Under the pieces are notes generated by a model. It was not told the DNA's origin and did no database searches. It was given only the letters and a program-made list of their open reading frames with translations. Made by a program: the position numbers and the translations under genes. From positions 10,706 to 74,705 of the forward strand of contig MHMW01000021.1 in NCBI GenBank assembly GCA_001819495.1: a stretch of 64,000 bases of DNA, read 5' to 3'. This document shows, in pieces, positions 29,768 to 38,990 of the stretch. The stretch comes from Candidatus Portnoybacteria bacterium RBG_19FT_COMBO_36_7. GTDB taxonomy: Bacteria; Patescibacteriota; Minisyncoccia; Portnoybacterales; GWB1-42-6. Position 1 is the stretch's first letter. Each line of letters opens with the position of its first letter.

Positions 29768-30301
29768 TTATCTTTTTACCAGTTTGCGCTTTGCGTTAAA
29801 ATAAGTTACTAAATGTTTTCTCTTGTTCTTGGTGATGTATAAAGCGAAGTAAATAACCGCCAAAACACAAAAATTTATAGCCAAAATATAATTATTGTCT
29901 CCCCAGTTAATGGAATCAATACTAAAAGAAGACAGAGGATATAGAAATGGTGTAGCGAAATATTTGACGCTGTGAAAAGGAATATCAACTAAAATATGAA
30001 TGCCCCAGGCAGCCAGCGGCCACCATGGTTTTTTCAGGATCAGCCAAACAGCGATAAAAGCGATGGCAAAAAAAACAAGACTATGGCTAAAAGAATAAAG
30101 AGTCGGAATTATTTCTGGTCCCACCGGATTCAAATGTACCCTCGTGCTGTCAACGAAAGAAATACCCTTGAATATGGAAATTACGACATAAATGCCGTTT
30201 GAAAAAAGATCCGGCGCCACGGAAAAAATTATCGGCCACCAGATTTTTTTCTCTTTTCTATAAATTAAGCCTGTCCAGAGGCTGTGAGAAAAAATATCCA
30301 C
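29768..30301 (-). CDS. Membrane-bound metal-dependent hydrolase (YdjM-like)
   Basis: (M)DIFSHSLW, APD, SHSL, HILVD; GTG start. Confidence 0.75.
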   Translation of the reverse strand: MDIFSHSLWTGLIYRKEKKIWWPIIFSVAPDLFSNGIYVVISIFKGISFVDSTRVHLNPVGPEIIPTLYSFSHSLVFFAIAFIAVWLILKKPWWPLAAWGIHILVDIPFHSVKYFATPFLYPLSSFSIDSINWGDNNYILAINFCVLAVIYFALYITKNKRKHLVTYFNAKRKLVKR

Positions 30302-30304
30302 AAT

Positions 30305-30442
30305 ATTAATGTAAAATTTAAAATGCAAAAATTAAAATGACAGATCAAAATTAAAAATTAGCTAATGCTAAAATCATTTTAAATTTTGCCCATTTTGCAT
30401 TTTACATTGTCGTTTTTAATTTTGATATTTGATTCTTGAATT
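30305..30442. repeat. AT-rich inverted 6/7-mer repeat element
   Basis: aatgtaaaatttaaaatgcaaaaattaaaatgac...cattttgcattttacattgtcgtttttaattttgatattttga. Confidence 0.75.
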
Positions 30443-31151
30443 ATTTAAGCTTTCCATCTCCTGCCCTGCGCCTGTGATTGACTATTTCATCTCCGATAAC
30501 GCAACCGTCTTTCATCTTAATGATCCGCTTGGCAAAACGCGCGGTTTCTGTTTCGTGGGTGACGACAACAATCGTGTGGCCTTTTTCGTTCAATTCCTCC
30601 AAAACCTGCATTATCTGCTCGCCTCCCTTTGAATCTAGGTTGCCGGTCGGCTCATCCGCCAAAATAAGCAAAGGATTATTGACCAGAGCCCTGGCAATCG
30701 CCACTCTCTGCTGTTCACCGCCGGACAACTGACTTGGCATATGATTTGCCCGATGCGACAAGCCAACAGCCGCAATCGCTGACTTAGCCGTATCCCCAAT
30801 CTTTTGTTTGTTCTCCTTATAAAAAAGAGGTAGCATAACGTTATCAAACACGCTGGTCCGCGGCAACAGATTATAGCTTTGAAAAACAAATCCAATTTTT
30901 TCATTCCTGATTTCAGCCAGCTGATCATCAGAAAATCTGGCAAAATTCTGGCCCTCAAACAAATACTGGCCGTATGTCGGCCGGTCTAAAAATCCTAATA
31001 TATGCATCAAAGTTGATTTTCCGCATCCCGAAGGCCCCATGATTGCGACAAATTCGCCTTTCTCAATTCTAAGGCTGATGCCGCAAAGGGCTTTGGTGAC
31101 TATTCCATCGCCGTATTCTTTGATAATATCCTTTGTCTCAATTATGACCAT
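30441..31151 (-). CDS. ABC transporter ATP-binding protein (LolD/MacB-like)
   Basis: GPSGCGKS, LSGGEQQR, ILADEPTGNLD. Confidence 0.96.
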   Translation of the reverse strand: MVIIETKDIIKEYGDGIVTKALCGISLRIEKGEFVAIMGPSGCGKSTLMHILGFLDRPTYGQYLFEGQNFARFSDDQLAEIRNEKIGFVFQSYNLLPRTSVFDNVMLPLFYKENKQKIGDTAKSAIAAVGLSHRANHMPSQLSGGEQQRVAIARALVNNPLLILADEPTGNLDSKGGEQIMQVLEELNEKGHTIVVVTHETETARFAKRIIKMKDGCVIGDEIVNHRRRAGDGKLK

Positions 31152-31157
31152 CCTATT

Positions 31158-32819
31158 TTATTTGCTTATGGCAACGGCCTGTCCTTCAATAAGGCCGGAA
31201 ATTATTTCTACTTCTCCCTCGTTGTTTCTAATGCCGGTCTGAACCTCTTTTTCTTTTATCTGACCATTTTCCATGATTTTTACGATTTTGACATTGTTAT
31301 TTTGCTCAATTGCCCGCAAAGGAATAATTAAAGCGTTCTCGTGCCGGCTCGTTTCAATTTCAAGATTAGCCGTCATGCCTGCCTTTACTTTTGAATCGGT
31401 GCCGGACAAGCCGATAGTTATTTTGTAATAGACAACTCCCTGCACGACTGTCTGTGCCGGGTCAATTTTTATCACCTTGCCCTGCCACTTTTCATTTTCT
31501 CTGAAAGCGTCAAAAGTTATCTCTGCCGGGTTCCCCGCGATTATTTTAGCAATGTCTGATTCAGCGATATCTGATTTAATCTCAAAATCAGACAAACTGT
31601 TCATGGAAACAGCTGTCTGGCTGGAAAGCGCCATTTCTCCTTTTTCAAAAGGGATATCGGTGATTATGCCGTTGATGGGAGCGGTCAGACTTTTTTGGGC
31701 AACTTGATTTCTAGCCTGATTCAAATTGGCTTGCGCCTGCTTGACCTGCGCAGTGTAAAGGTCAATATCGGATTGACGAGGACTGGCCAGCTTGAGCGCC
31801 AGCTGACTTTGCGCAGTTGCCAAAGTTCCTTCTGCGCTGCTAAAAGCCGCCTGAGCCGTGTTTATGTTTGTTTGATTTGTGTTTTTTTGAGAAATGATCG
31901 TCTGCTGGGCAGCAACAAGGTTGGTCAAAGCGGTGTTCAAATTTGTCCGCGCAGCTGATATACTTGTTTTAAAAGCGTCCAGCTCTGTCTGGGTCAAGCT
32001 TGAAGATATTACCACCGAAAGCAAAACGTCATAAGTTCGGTTAAGCGCATTTATGGAAAAAGTGGCAGTCGTTTTTAATCTTTCCAGCGCGCTGTCGATG
32101 TCAGATTCGTTATAAGTTGAAGCTGCTGCGTTGATTGTCGGCAAAACCGAATTATAATCAAGCTCAGCCAGATATTTAAGATTTCTTGCATCTATCAAAG
32201 CCTGCGCATTAGAAGCTGTCTGATTAATATTCAATTCGGTAGAATCCAAAGTGTCTTTGTTTGTCTGTAAAGATGTCTGTGTTGTCAGCAAAGAAGAGCT
32301 CAACGTTCTTTGAGCATCCTCGTATACATGAGTGAGAGAAGCGGCCGCGGTTGCCTGCGCATTGGCTAAAGTTTTTTGCGCTTCTTCCAGATTTTTCTGG
32401 GCGTTGGCAACTGCAGTTTGCGCCACAGCGATGTCTTCGGCCGAAGCGCCGGCCAAAAGTTGAGAAAACTTTGCCTGGACAATTGCCAAAGCCGCTTCGT
32501 AGTTTTGAATCTGAAAAGCCAAATCGCTTGAATCCTGCGACATCAGAACCTGGCCGGCAGAAACTTTGTCGCCGACATTGGCTTTTATTTCTGTAATGCG
32601 GCCGGAGGCGACAAATTGAAGATTGATCTGGCTGGCCGGCTGGGCCGAGCCGGTGGCCGAAACCGTCTGAGCAATATCCCCTTTTTTGACCTTCACGAAA
32701 TCATAATCCGGTTCTTTCCCGCTTTGGTAACTCTGATAAAGCAAACCCAAATCGATTGCCAGCAATATAAAAAGACCGAGAATTATCAATTTTCTATGCT
32801 GCATAATGAAGTTTTTCAT
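31158..32819 (-). CDS. Efflux membrane fusion/periplasmic adaptor with long alpha-hairpin
   Basis: VSATGS, VGDKV, LTAPINGII, KAGMTAN. Confidence 0.9.
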   Translation of the reverse strand: MKNFIMQHRKLIILGLFILLAIDLGLLYQSYQSGKEPDYDFVKVKKGDIAQTVSATGSAQPASQINLQFVASGRITEIKANVGDKVSAGQVLMSQDSSDLAFQIQNYEAALAIVQAKFSQLLAGASAEDIAVAQTAVANAQKNLEEAQKTLANAQATAAASLTHVYEDAQRTLSSSLLTTQTSLQTNKDTLDSTELNINQTASNAQALIDARNLKYLAELDYNSVLPTINAAASTYNESDIDSALERLKTTATFSINALNRTYDVLLSVVISSSLTQTELDAFKTSISAARTNLNTALTNLVAAQQTIISQKNTNQTNINTAQAAFSSAEGTLATAQSQLALKLASPRQSDIDLYTAQVKQAQANLNQARNQVAQKSLTAPINGIITDIPFEKGEMALSSQTAVSMNSLSDFEIKSDIAESDIAKIIAGNPAEITFDAFRENEKWQGKVIKIDPAQTVVQGVVYYKITIGLSGTDSKVKAGMTANLEIETSRHENALIIPLRAIEQNNNVKIVKIMENGQIKEKEVQTGIRNNEGEVEIISGLIEGQAVAISK

Positions 32820-32908
32820 TAAAGTTAATTAAAACAAAAAATGCTCAATATTTATGGCTCATATTGCCTTTAAATCATAATCTTTTTGCTCAAATAAGTC
32901 AAACCTTG

Positions 32909-32983
32909 CCCGGTAGTGAAATTTCGGCATATTTTTTGAATTTAGCCCCGCCAGGCGGGGCCAGCCGAAATTCTACTACCGGG
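32909..32983. mobile_element. MITE-like element, copy 2, CTTG direct repeats
   Basis: cttg[cccggtagtgaaatttcggc...gccgaaattctactaccggg]cttg. Confidence 0.8.
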
Positions 32984-32984
32984 C

Positions 32985-33012
32985 TTGACATTTCTTATAA
33001 ATCTGCTATAAT
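32985..33012 (+). promoter_or_regulatory. Sigma70-like promoter
   Basis: TTGACA-16nt-TATAAT with TGn extension. Confidence 0.7.
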
Positions 33013-33054
33013 ATACCATTGTCCTCTCCCAAGCGGACTATAGCTCTATTTTGA

Positions 33055-33120
33055 CCCCGTAATACAACTTTGGCTGTCGCGAAGCGACAATCAAATAAAT
33101 GCCGAAGTTGATATACGGGG
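33055..33120. repeat. CCCCGT...ACGGGG palindrome with TTGA direct repeats
   Basis: ttga[ccccgtaatacaactttggc...gccgaagttgatatacgggg]ttga. Confidence 0.7.
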
Positions 33121-33258
33121 TTGAGCCGAATAAGCTGAACAATCAGGCTTAAAAACCTGTTTAAATAATATCTTCTTTAAAAACTTAATAAGGGAAAATG
33201 ATCCCAAAAAATACAGAAAATTCAGATATGGCCGGAAAAGGCCGAAAGGAGGAAGAAA

Positions 33259-34353
33259 ATGACAGGTTTATTATTTTTTTTAGCGATTGTTGTATTTCTT
33301 TTAGGCGGAGCGATTCTGCAAGGATTAAGAAAGATCCCAGCCGAGCCGCCCCATATAGCCGTCGTAACTCGTTTTGGAAAAAGAACCGGCAAGGTGGAAA
33401 AGGAAGGGTGGCGATTTTTTCCGGGGTATCCATATTTTTATGGGTTCATTCTGGTTGATGTGACTAAAAAAAACCAGGATATGCCCAATGAAGTAGTCAG
33501 AACCCCTGATCTGGCGGAAATTAAAATTCCCGTCAGCATCACCTGGACGCCGCTGTCGAAAAATTTAATTGACTTCTTGAACTCCGGCGGAGAAAAAGGA
33601 GTCAAAGCGATCCTTGAAGATATTGTCAGGGAGCGCATCCGTGAATGGGCCATATCAGACGAAGAAGGCCCGGGCACATGGGAAGACGCCCTTAAATCAC
33701 GAGGGGATGCCGTAGCCATTTTGGTTAAGGCAATCATCGGGGAACAGTTACCACGCGTCCCTTCTTCAATTCCCACCTCGATTCTCTTAAAATATTTTGA
33801 CGAACCCCAGAAAAGTCCTATAAAATCGGAGTTAAAAAAATGGGGGCAAAATTGGGAGACAGTCACAAAAAAAATCGAGGAGGATTACAATAATCTTCCT
33901 CAGGATCAAAAAAGAACCCTGCAAGAATTTAATGCGGGGCTAAAAGAAAAAATTGAAGAAAGGAGAAAAATAATAAATAATATACGCCAAGGTAAGGGCG
34001 AACAAGAGATGCCTCAGCTGGGCATTATCCTCAATCGCCTCAACATCGGCGAAATGGCGGTCACCGGAGAAGTAGCCAAGGCCGCTGAATTCCGGGCTAA
34101 GGAAGAAAAAGAAAGAGAGGGAGAAATCCTGGAACTGGAGCATATCGCCAAAAGAGTCAATAAGTTGAAAAAAACCGGATTCTCGGGCGAGCAGTCCATC
34201 GAAATCCTCCAGACAGAAAGAGGCAAAGTAAAGAAACAAATCAACGAGAACAAGCTGAATATCTCGGAGGAAACCAGAAAGACTATTGAAAATATCGCGT
34301 CAGTACTGGGTTCTTTGCTAAAAAAAGGGGGTGACAAAAATGGCGGAAACTGA
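33259..34353 (+). CDS. SPFH/band-7-like membrane protein
   Basis: N-terminal TM, AVVTRFGK..EGWRF, coiled-coil C-terminus; GGAGG RBS. Confidence 0.7.
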   Translation: MTGLLFFLAIVVFLLGGAILQGLRKIPAEPPHIAVVTRFGKRTGKVEKEGWRFFPGYPYFYGFILVDVTKKNQDMPNEVVRTPDLAEIKIPVSITWTPLSKNLIDFLNSGGEKGVKAILEDIVRERIREWAISDEEGPGTWEDALKSRGDAVAILVKAIIGEQLPRVPSSIPTSILLKYFDEPQKSPIKSELKKWGQNWETVTKKIEEDYNNLPQDQKRTLQEFNAGLKEKIEERRKIINNIRQGKGEQEMPQLGIILNRLNIGEMAVTGEVAKAAEFRAKEEKEREGEILELEHIAKRVNKLKKTGFSGEQSIEILQTERGKVKKQINENKLNISEETRKTIENIASVLGSLLKKGGDKNGGN

Positions 34354-34777
34354 GAAAGCGCCCAAATGGCTTTGGACAGGGTTAATTGTTGTTGTCGCTC
34401 TTCTGTTTATTGGCGGAATAATTAGTCTTATTCCTTCGCCTGAAGATAGAAAAGAGACTGACCGGTCTCCGCAAAGAGAAGCCGAAAAAAAGATTCAGGG
34501 AGAAGAGATAATTTCTGTCTCTCTCTCCTCGTCCACCTGGTCAAGCCCTGTGTATCTCAGAGCTTGCCGAAGCTTTGACATCGTCGGCCCAATCGGATCT
34601 TTATTCCGTCTGGACGCCGACGGTTTTGTGGGAAGGGTCGGAGAAGGCCACTTCCCTAATGATACCCGCTTTCAAGCGGGTATCAGGTTCAAAGGCCTTC
34701 CGGGAATGGAAGGCAGAAAAGTCTATATCAGGACATTCCCAATGAGGAATAATCCTGATATTGAAAAAATGCAATGA
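34340..34777 (+). CDS. Hypothetical single-TM protein
   Basis: Overlaps SPFH stop; hydrophobic N-terminus. Confidence 0.65.
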   Translation: MAETEKAPKWLWTGLIVVVALLFIGGIISLIPSPEDRKETDRSPQREAEKKIQGEEIISVSLSSSTWSSPVYLRACRSFDIVGPIGSLFRLDADGFVGRVGEGHFPNDTRFQAGIRFKGLPGMEGRKVYIRTFPMRNNPDIEKMQ

Positions 34778-34887
34778 GTTCAGGCCAGCGAAAAGATTCA
34801 AAAAAGAATCAATTCGCTGGCTTTTTTTTATTTGTCTGTCAAAAATTCCAAGTCGTAGGCGCTGGATTTTTTGGTACAGACAAATAA

Positions 34888-35036
34888 CCCCGCACTTATT
34901 TTGACTCTCTTGAAATCATCTTTTTAAAGGTTAACTTAGTCTATCTAAAAATTTTGCAGACCGCGTGGCCGAATAGACCAAACTTTTTTGGGCGAAGCGG
35001 TCTGCCATGGGTTATTTTGCAAAATAAGTGCCGGGG
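34888..35036. repeat. Inverted-repeat element (CCCCGCACTTATTTTG...CAAAATAAGTGCCGGGG)
   Basis: Terminal inverted repeat with nested hairpin gcagaccgc...gcggtctgc. Confidence 0.65.
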
Positions 35037-35110
35037 CAATCTCCGAATAAAATCAAAAGCTAACGAAAGCAATTCCGTTAGCTTTTTAATTCAAATTTAT
35101 AAATTGTATT

Positions 35111-35443
35111 TTATGCCTGTAAGAAGCTTGCCACCAATTCCCAGATTCCAAAGGCCAATATCGCAACGCCAACACCCACCAAGCCGTAAATGAAAGCTCT
35201 TTTAGCTTTTCCGATTTTTTCCTCATCTCCCGCAGCAGTCATATAAAGAAATGCGGCATAAAGTATTACGAAAATACCTACTATAAAGATAATCGCAGCA
35301 AACCATGTTAAAATGGTATTTAACAAATCTAGAATTCCCCCTCTGGTCAAAGTAACACTCGGTAACGTGCCTGTCTGAGCCAAAGCAACTGCCGGCAGAA
35401 TTTGAGCTGCCAAAATCGCTCCCAGATATTTAATTTTTCTCAT
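35111..35443 (-). CDS. TrbC/VirB2-like pilin
   Basis: Signal ending ALAQ, YAAFLYMTAAGDEEKIGKAK, two TMs. Confidence 0.85.
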   Translation of the reverse strand: MRKIKYLGAILAAQILPAVALAQTGTLPSVTLTRGGILDLLNTILTWFAAIIFIVGIFVILYAAFLYMTAAGDEEKIGKAKRAFIYGLVGVGVAILAFGIWELVASFLQA

Positions 35444-35522
35444 TTTCTATCTCACCTCCTTTCAAATAAAAATTTTAATACTAATATTTATCAATTGGTA
35501 AAATTGCGATGTTTTTTTATCG

Positions 35523-35864
35523 TCAAGTCAGCAAGCTCTCAACCGCGTCCCAAATTCCATAAGCAAGCATGGCGACAATAATACCGACAATACCATAAAT
35601 AAAGGTTTTTTTAGCTTTCTCAATTCTGCTGTCGTCCCCTCCTGATGTCATGTATAAAAATGCGGCGTAAAGAATACAGGCAATACCTAGTATAAAAATA
35701 ATTTGGGCAAACCATGTTTTAATCTGATCAAATAACTCAACAAGTCTATCTGCCGTTAAATCAATCTGCGGCGGCTCATTGCCTTGGGCTGAAGCAATCA
35801 CGGGCAGCATTAGAATCGTTATGACAGAAATTATTAATAAATATCTTAAAATTTTTTTCTTCAT
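35523..35864 (-). CDS. TrbC/VirB2-like pilin
   Basis: ASAQ, YAAFLYMTSGGDDSRIEKAK. Confidence 0.85.
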   Translation of the reverse strand: MKKKILRYLLIISVITILMLPVIASAQGNEPPQIDLTADRLVELFDQIKTWFAQIIFILGIACILYAAFLYMTSGGDDSRIEKAKKTFIYGIVGIIVAMLAYGIWDAVESLLT

Positions 35865-35899
35865 ATGTTTATTGTTTCCTTCTTATTATTTATTATTTT

Positions 35900-36268
35900 T
35901 TAGTTTACCTCTAAAATACTTTTAATTAAAGTGATGAAACCGGCGCCAATCACAATTATCGCCACTCCGACAATCGTATAAGTGATGGCTTTTTTGGCTT
36001 TTTTAATCTTTTCTTCATCGCCGCCGGAAGTCAAAAAGAGAAATCCGGCGTATAAAACCATAATGGCTGCCAAAGGAACCATAATTTTATAAAACCATTC
36101 GGCTATCTTTTTGACTAAACCCTCAAAAGAATCAGTGTTTATGGGATTAGGAATTTCATATTTTCCCGTGCTACCTTGCTGCGCTAAAATAGGCTGCATA
36201 ATTAGTGCGCAGCCAAGTAGAGATAGAAATAATATTATAAAAATTTTTATCGATTTATTCAAATTCAT
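35900..36268 (-). CDS. TrbC/VirB2-like pilin
   Basis: ILAQ, IPNP, YAGFLFLTSGGDEEKIKKAK. Confidence 0.85.
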   Translation of the reverse strand: MNLNKSIKIFIILFLSLLGCALIMQPILAQQGSTGKYEIPNPINTDSFEGLVKKIAEWFYKIMVPLAAIMVLYAGFLFLTSGGDEEKIKKAKKAITYTIVGVAIIVIGAGFITLIKSILEVN

Positions 36269-36288
36269 AAAAATTAAATTTTTAATTT

Positions 36289-36744
36289 TTATCCGCTGCA
36301 TGTAAACTTCCACCAGCTCTGGGGATTAAAGTCCCCGACGCTTTTGCCGATAACCTGAATGATGCTGTTGACAATCAGCCATGAAGCAAAAACAAAAATC
36401 AAGCCGATTACAACATTAATAAATATCTTTTTTGCCTGGGTAACCCTTTCCTCGGATCCGCCCGAAGTAAGAAAAATTGCTCCGGCAAAAACAATCAGAA
36501 GCCCGGCCACCGGCGGCGCCAGTCTGAAGGCAATAAAAGCGAAAATGTTTACGACAAGCGAGAAAAAAGCGCAAAGGTCGCATCCCTTATCGCCACATAC
36601 CGGCACAATCCGACAATTGGTGGTTAATTTAGTCATTACATCTTTGCATTCCGGCGTCTGGGCGTTTGCTAAAGAAGGATATAAAAATAATGAAAATCCG
36701 ATGATCAATAACAATGGCAATATTATAATAATTTTTTTCTTCAT
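36289..36744 (-). CDS. TrbC/VirB2-like pilin with Cys-rich N-region
   Basis: ANAQ, IVPVCG..CDLC, FLTSGGSEERVTQAK. Confidence 0.85.
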   Translation of the reverse strand: MKKKIIIILPLLLIIGFSLFLYPSLANAQTPECKDVMTKLTTNCRIVPVCGDKGCDLCAFFSLVVNIFAFIAFRLAPPVAGLLIVFAGAIFLTSGGSEERVTQAKKIFINVVIGLIFVFASWLIVNSIIQVIGKSVGDFNPQSWWKFTCSG

Positions 36745-36782
36745 TAAGGTCTGCCTCATGAATTTCAATTTTATATCTTAAA

Positions 36783-38186
36783 TCATTTCTTTAATTTCTT
36801 CTCGATTAAGTTGCTTACTTGGCTGGCCGCCTGGCTGATTGCCCGCGAAGCTTCCAGCTGTCCGTTATTGACCGCGTTTATCATTTCGTCAAAAATCGCG
36901 GAAATCGCCAGGTTGTCAACCTGATACCAGGAACGAGCTGATAACGATTGCTTGGCATAAACACCAAGCTCAAGGCCTTTTTGCTGATAATCAACCAGGT
37001 CCCGCCGGGCGGTCGGCCGCTCGGTCTTGTCCAGATATTGCTGGGCTTGCGTCTTTTGGGTCAGCCACTTAAGAAAAACCCAGGCGTATGTTTGTTTATT
37101 TGCGTCGGCGCTGGCCGAAACCGTCACCCCCCAATAATTGGGGTATGTCACATCAATTTGCGAGTCTTTGGGCTGGGGAACGGGAGCAATGCCGAATCGC
37201 AGATGCGGCTGCTTGGCTTTGATAGTTGAAATATGAAAAGAATAATTGATCATCATCGCCGATTTTCCCTGCGAAAATGCGTCAATTGAATAATCCAGAT
37301 TGTTATTCCAAGTATAGCTCTTTTTGCTCGGGTCGGCAAAATTTGTGTAAAATTGCAGCGAATTCAAACCCGGCTGATAAAGCTGGCCTTGGGCAAGCAC
37401 TGATTTGGCAAAAGTCGCTTCATCTTTTTTTTCATTGACCATCTCCGCCCCTGTTTGCAACATCAGCATCATCAGGATATCGGAGCCGCGATTGATATTT
37501 TTGACCGTGCCGATGCTGGCACCCGACATTAAAATATTATTGCTCTCATCTTTTTTCGTTAATTTCTCCACTGTCTCATTAAATTCATTCCAGTCTTTGG
37601 GCGGAGTGGATATCCCTGCAGAATTGAATATGTCTTTATTCCAGTAAAGAGCCAGTGTGTCAACAAAAAGTGGCAAAGCATAAATTCTTTCAGGCAAGGC
37701 ATTGCCCTTTTCGTCTGCTCCTCCATAAATAAAATCTTGCGCCGCCACATCAACGAAAGAATCCTTGAATTCTCTGACGGTCAAAGAATCTTCTCCGCTG
37801 TACTTTGAGGCGGACGGAATCGGAGCTGTTTTATCAACGTGCTTTGGCAGCCAGGAATTTTCAATCATAAAAATATCCGGTCCCCTGCCTGCCGCCAAGG
37901 CATCAACTAAATCTCTTTCGTAATCTGCGTAGGTTTTTTTATAATAAGTTATCTTAACTTTTCCGTAAGTCTGGTTAAAACTTTCAATCAGGGGCTTAAA
38001 AGCGTCGGAATCATCAAAAACGCCCCAAAACACAAGCTCTTCCTTTCCTTTTGTCAGGTCTTCTTTGCAGCCTGGCAAAGCAGCGCTTAAGCTCCCCAGA
38101 AGGCTCAATGCCACAACCGGAGCCACAATATTTAAAACAATTTTTTTGTTCGCTGCGTTTTTTTTAATTTTACGGAAAAGTCCCAT
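36783..38186 (-). CDS. Extracellular solute-binding protein (sugar-binding family 1)
   Basis: LPGC lipobox-like, GRGPDIF, DTLALYWNKD, PPKDWNE, FSQGKSAM. Confidence 0.85.
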   Translation of the reverse strand: MGLFRKIKKNAANKKIVLNIVAPVVALSLLGSLSAALPGCKEDLTKGKEELVFWGVFDDSDAFKPLIESFNQTYGKVKITYYKKTYADYERDLVDALAAGRGPDIFMIENSWLPKHVDKTAPIPSASKYSGEDSLTVREFKDSFVDVAAQDFIYGGADEKGNALPERIYALPLFVDTLALYWNKDIFNSAGISTPPKDWNEFNETVEKLTKKDESNNILMSGASIGTVKNINRGSDILMMLMLQTGAEMVNEKKDEATFAKSVLAQGQLYQPGLNSLQFYTNFADPSKKSYTWNNNLDYSIDAFSQGKSAMMINYSFHISTIKAKQPHLRFGIAPVPQPKDSQIDVTYPNYWGVTVSASADANKQTYAWVFLKWLTQKTQAQQYLDKTERPTARRDLVDYQQKGLELGVYAKQSLSARSWYQVDNLAISAIFDEMINAVNNGQLEASRAISQAASQVSNLIEKKLKK

Positions 38187-38189
38187 TTT

Positions 38190-38298
38190 ATTCGTAGTTA
38201 TTCGCGAGCTCGCCCGCCTTGTCATCGGAATATCACAAAGACTGGACAGCGAGCAAAATTCGTATTAATTCATAACCCAACTCAGAATACCGCTAATC
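38190..38298. repeat. ~110-bp dispersed repeat, copy A
   Basis: Shares attcgYgagctcgcccgcct and cagaataccgctaat with 43963-44071. Confidence 0.75.
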
Positions 38299-38299
38299 A

Positions 38300-38842
38300 T
38301 TAAAATTTTCTGAAAATCAAACCATAATGAAAATTTCCGGCGTCAAATTCTCTGTCAAAAGTGAATTTTTTTTCAGTTGCCGCCTGGCTTGCCTCGCCCT
38401 GCGAAATCCGCCAGCCGCTGTCAGAAGTTAAAGTCTTGCCAGAGGGCTGCCAGTCTATAATCACCATTTTGCCGCCGCTTTTTAAAACCCGCCTGGCTTC
38501 TCTGATAATATCAGCTTTTTTATTGGACTGGAAAAGGACATTTGCCAGTAAAGCCATATCGCATGAATTATCAGGCAGCTTTGAGCCGCCGGGAATTTCC
38601 AGATTCCCGCGCAAAGTTTCAATATTGGCAAGCTCCGCCTGAACCGCTTTTCCTTTCACTTCCTCAAGCGCTTCGTTCAAGATATCTACCGCAAAGACCT
38701 GCCCTTCTTTACCAACCATTTTGGCCAAAGGAATAGAAAAATAGCCGTGGCCGCAGCCAAAATCGGCAATCCTTGAAGGAGTCTGAATTTCAAGCTGATC
38801 TAAAACTTTTTGAGGGTTAAGAAATCCTCCTGTTCCTGCCAT
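38300..38842 (-). CDS. Class I SAM-dependent methyltransferase
   Basis: ADFGCGHG, AVDI, RVLKSGG, IIDW. Confidence 0.92.
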   Translation of the reverse strand: MAGTGGFLNPQKVLDQLEIQTPSRIADFGCGHGYFSIPLAKMVGKEGQVFAVDILNEALEEVKGKAVQAELANIETLRGNLEIPGGSKLPDNSCDMALLANVLFQSNKKADIIREARRVLKSGGKMVIIDWQPSGKTLTSDSGWRISQGEASQAATEKKFTFDREFDAGNFHYGLIFRKF

Positions 38843-38990
38843 TGTTGTTGAAATTTATGAATGAGGCTCAATGCCGAATGAAATATTTTATAAAAAATTT
38901 ACGAAGTAAATTTTTGAGTGAAGGAACAAAGGTTTTGTTACTAAATTTTCATCTCCGCCCTGGGCGGATCAAAAATTTGGACAAAGCCCT

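Noticed and set aside
33033-33170. tRNA-like remnant (ggactatagctc...gagc)
   Set aside because: No anticodon stem, T-arm or acceptor complement can be formed
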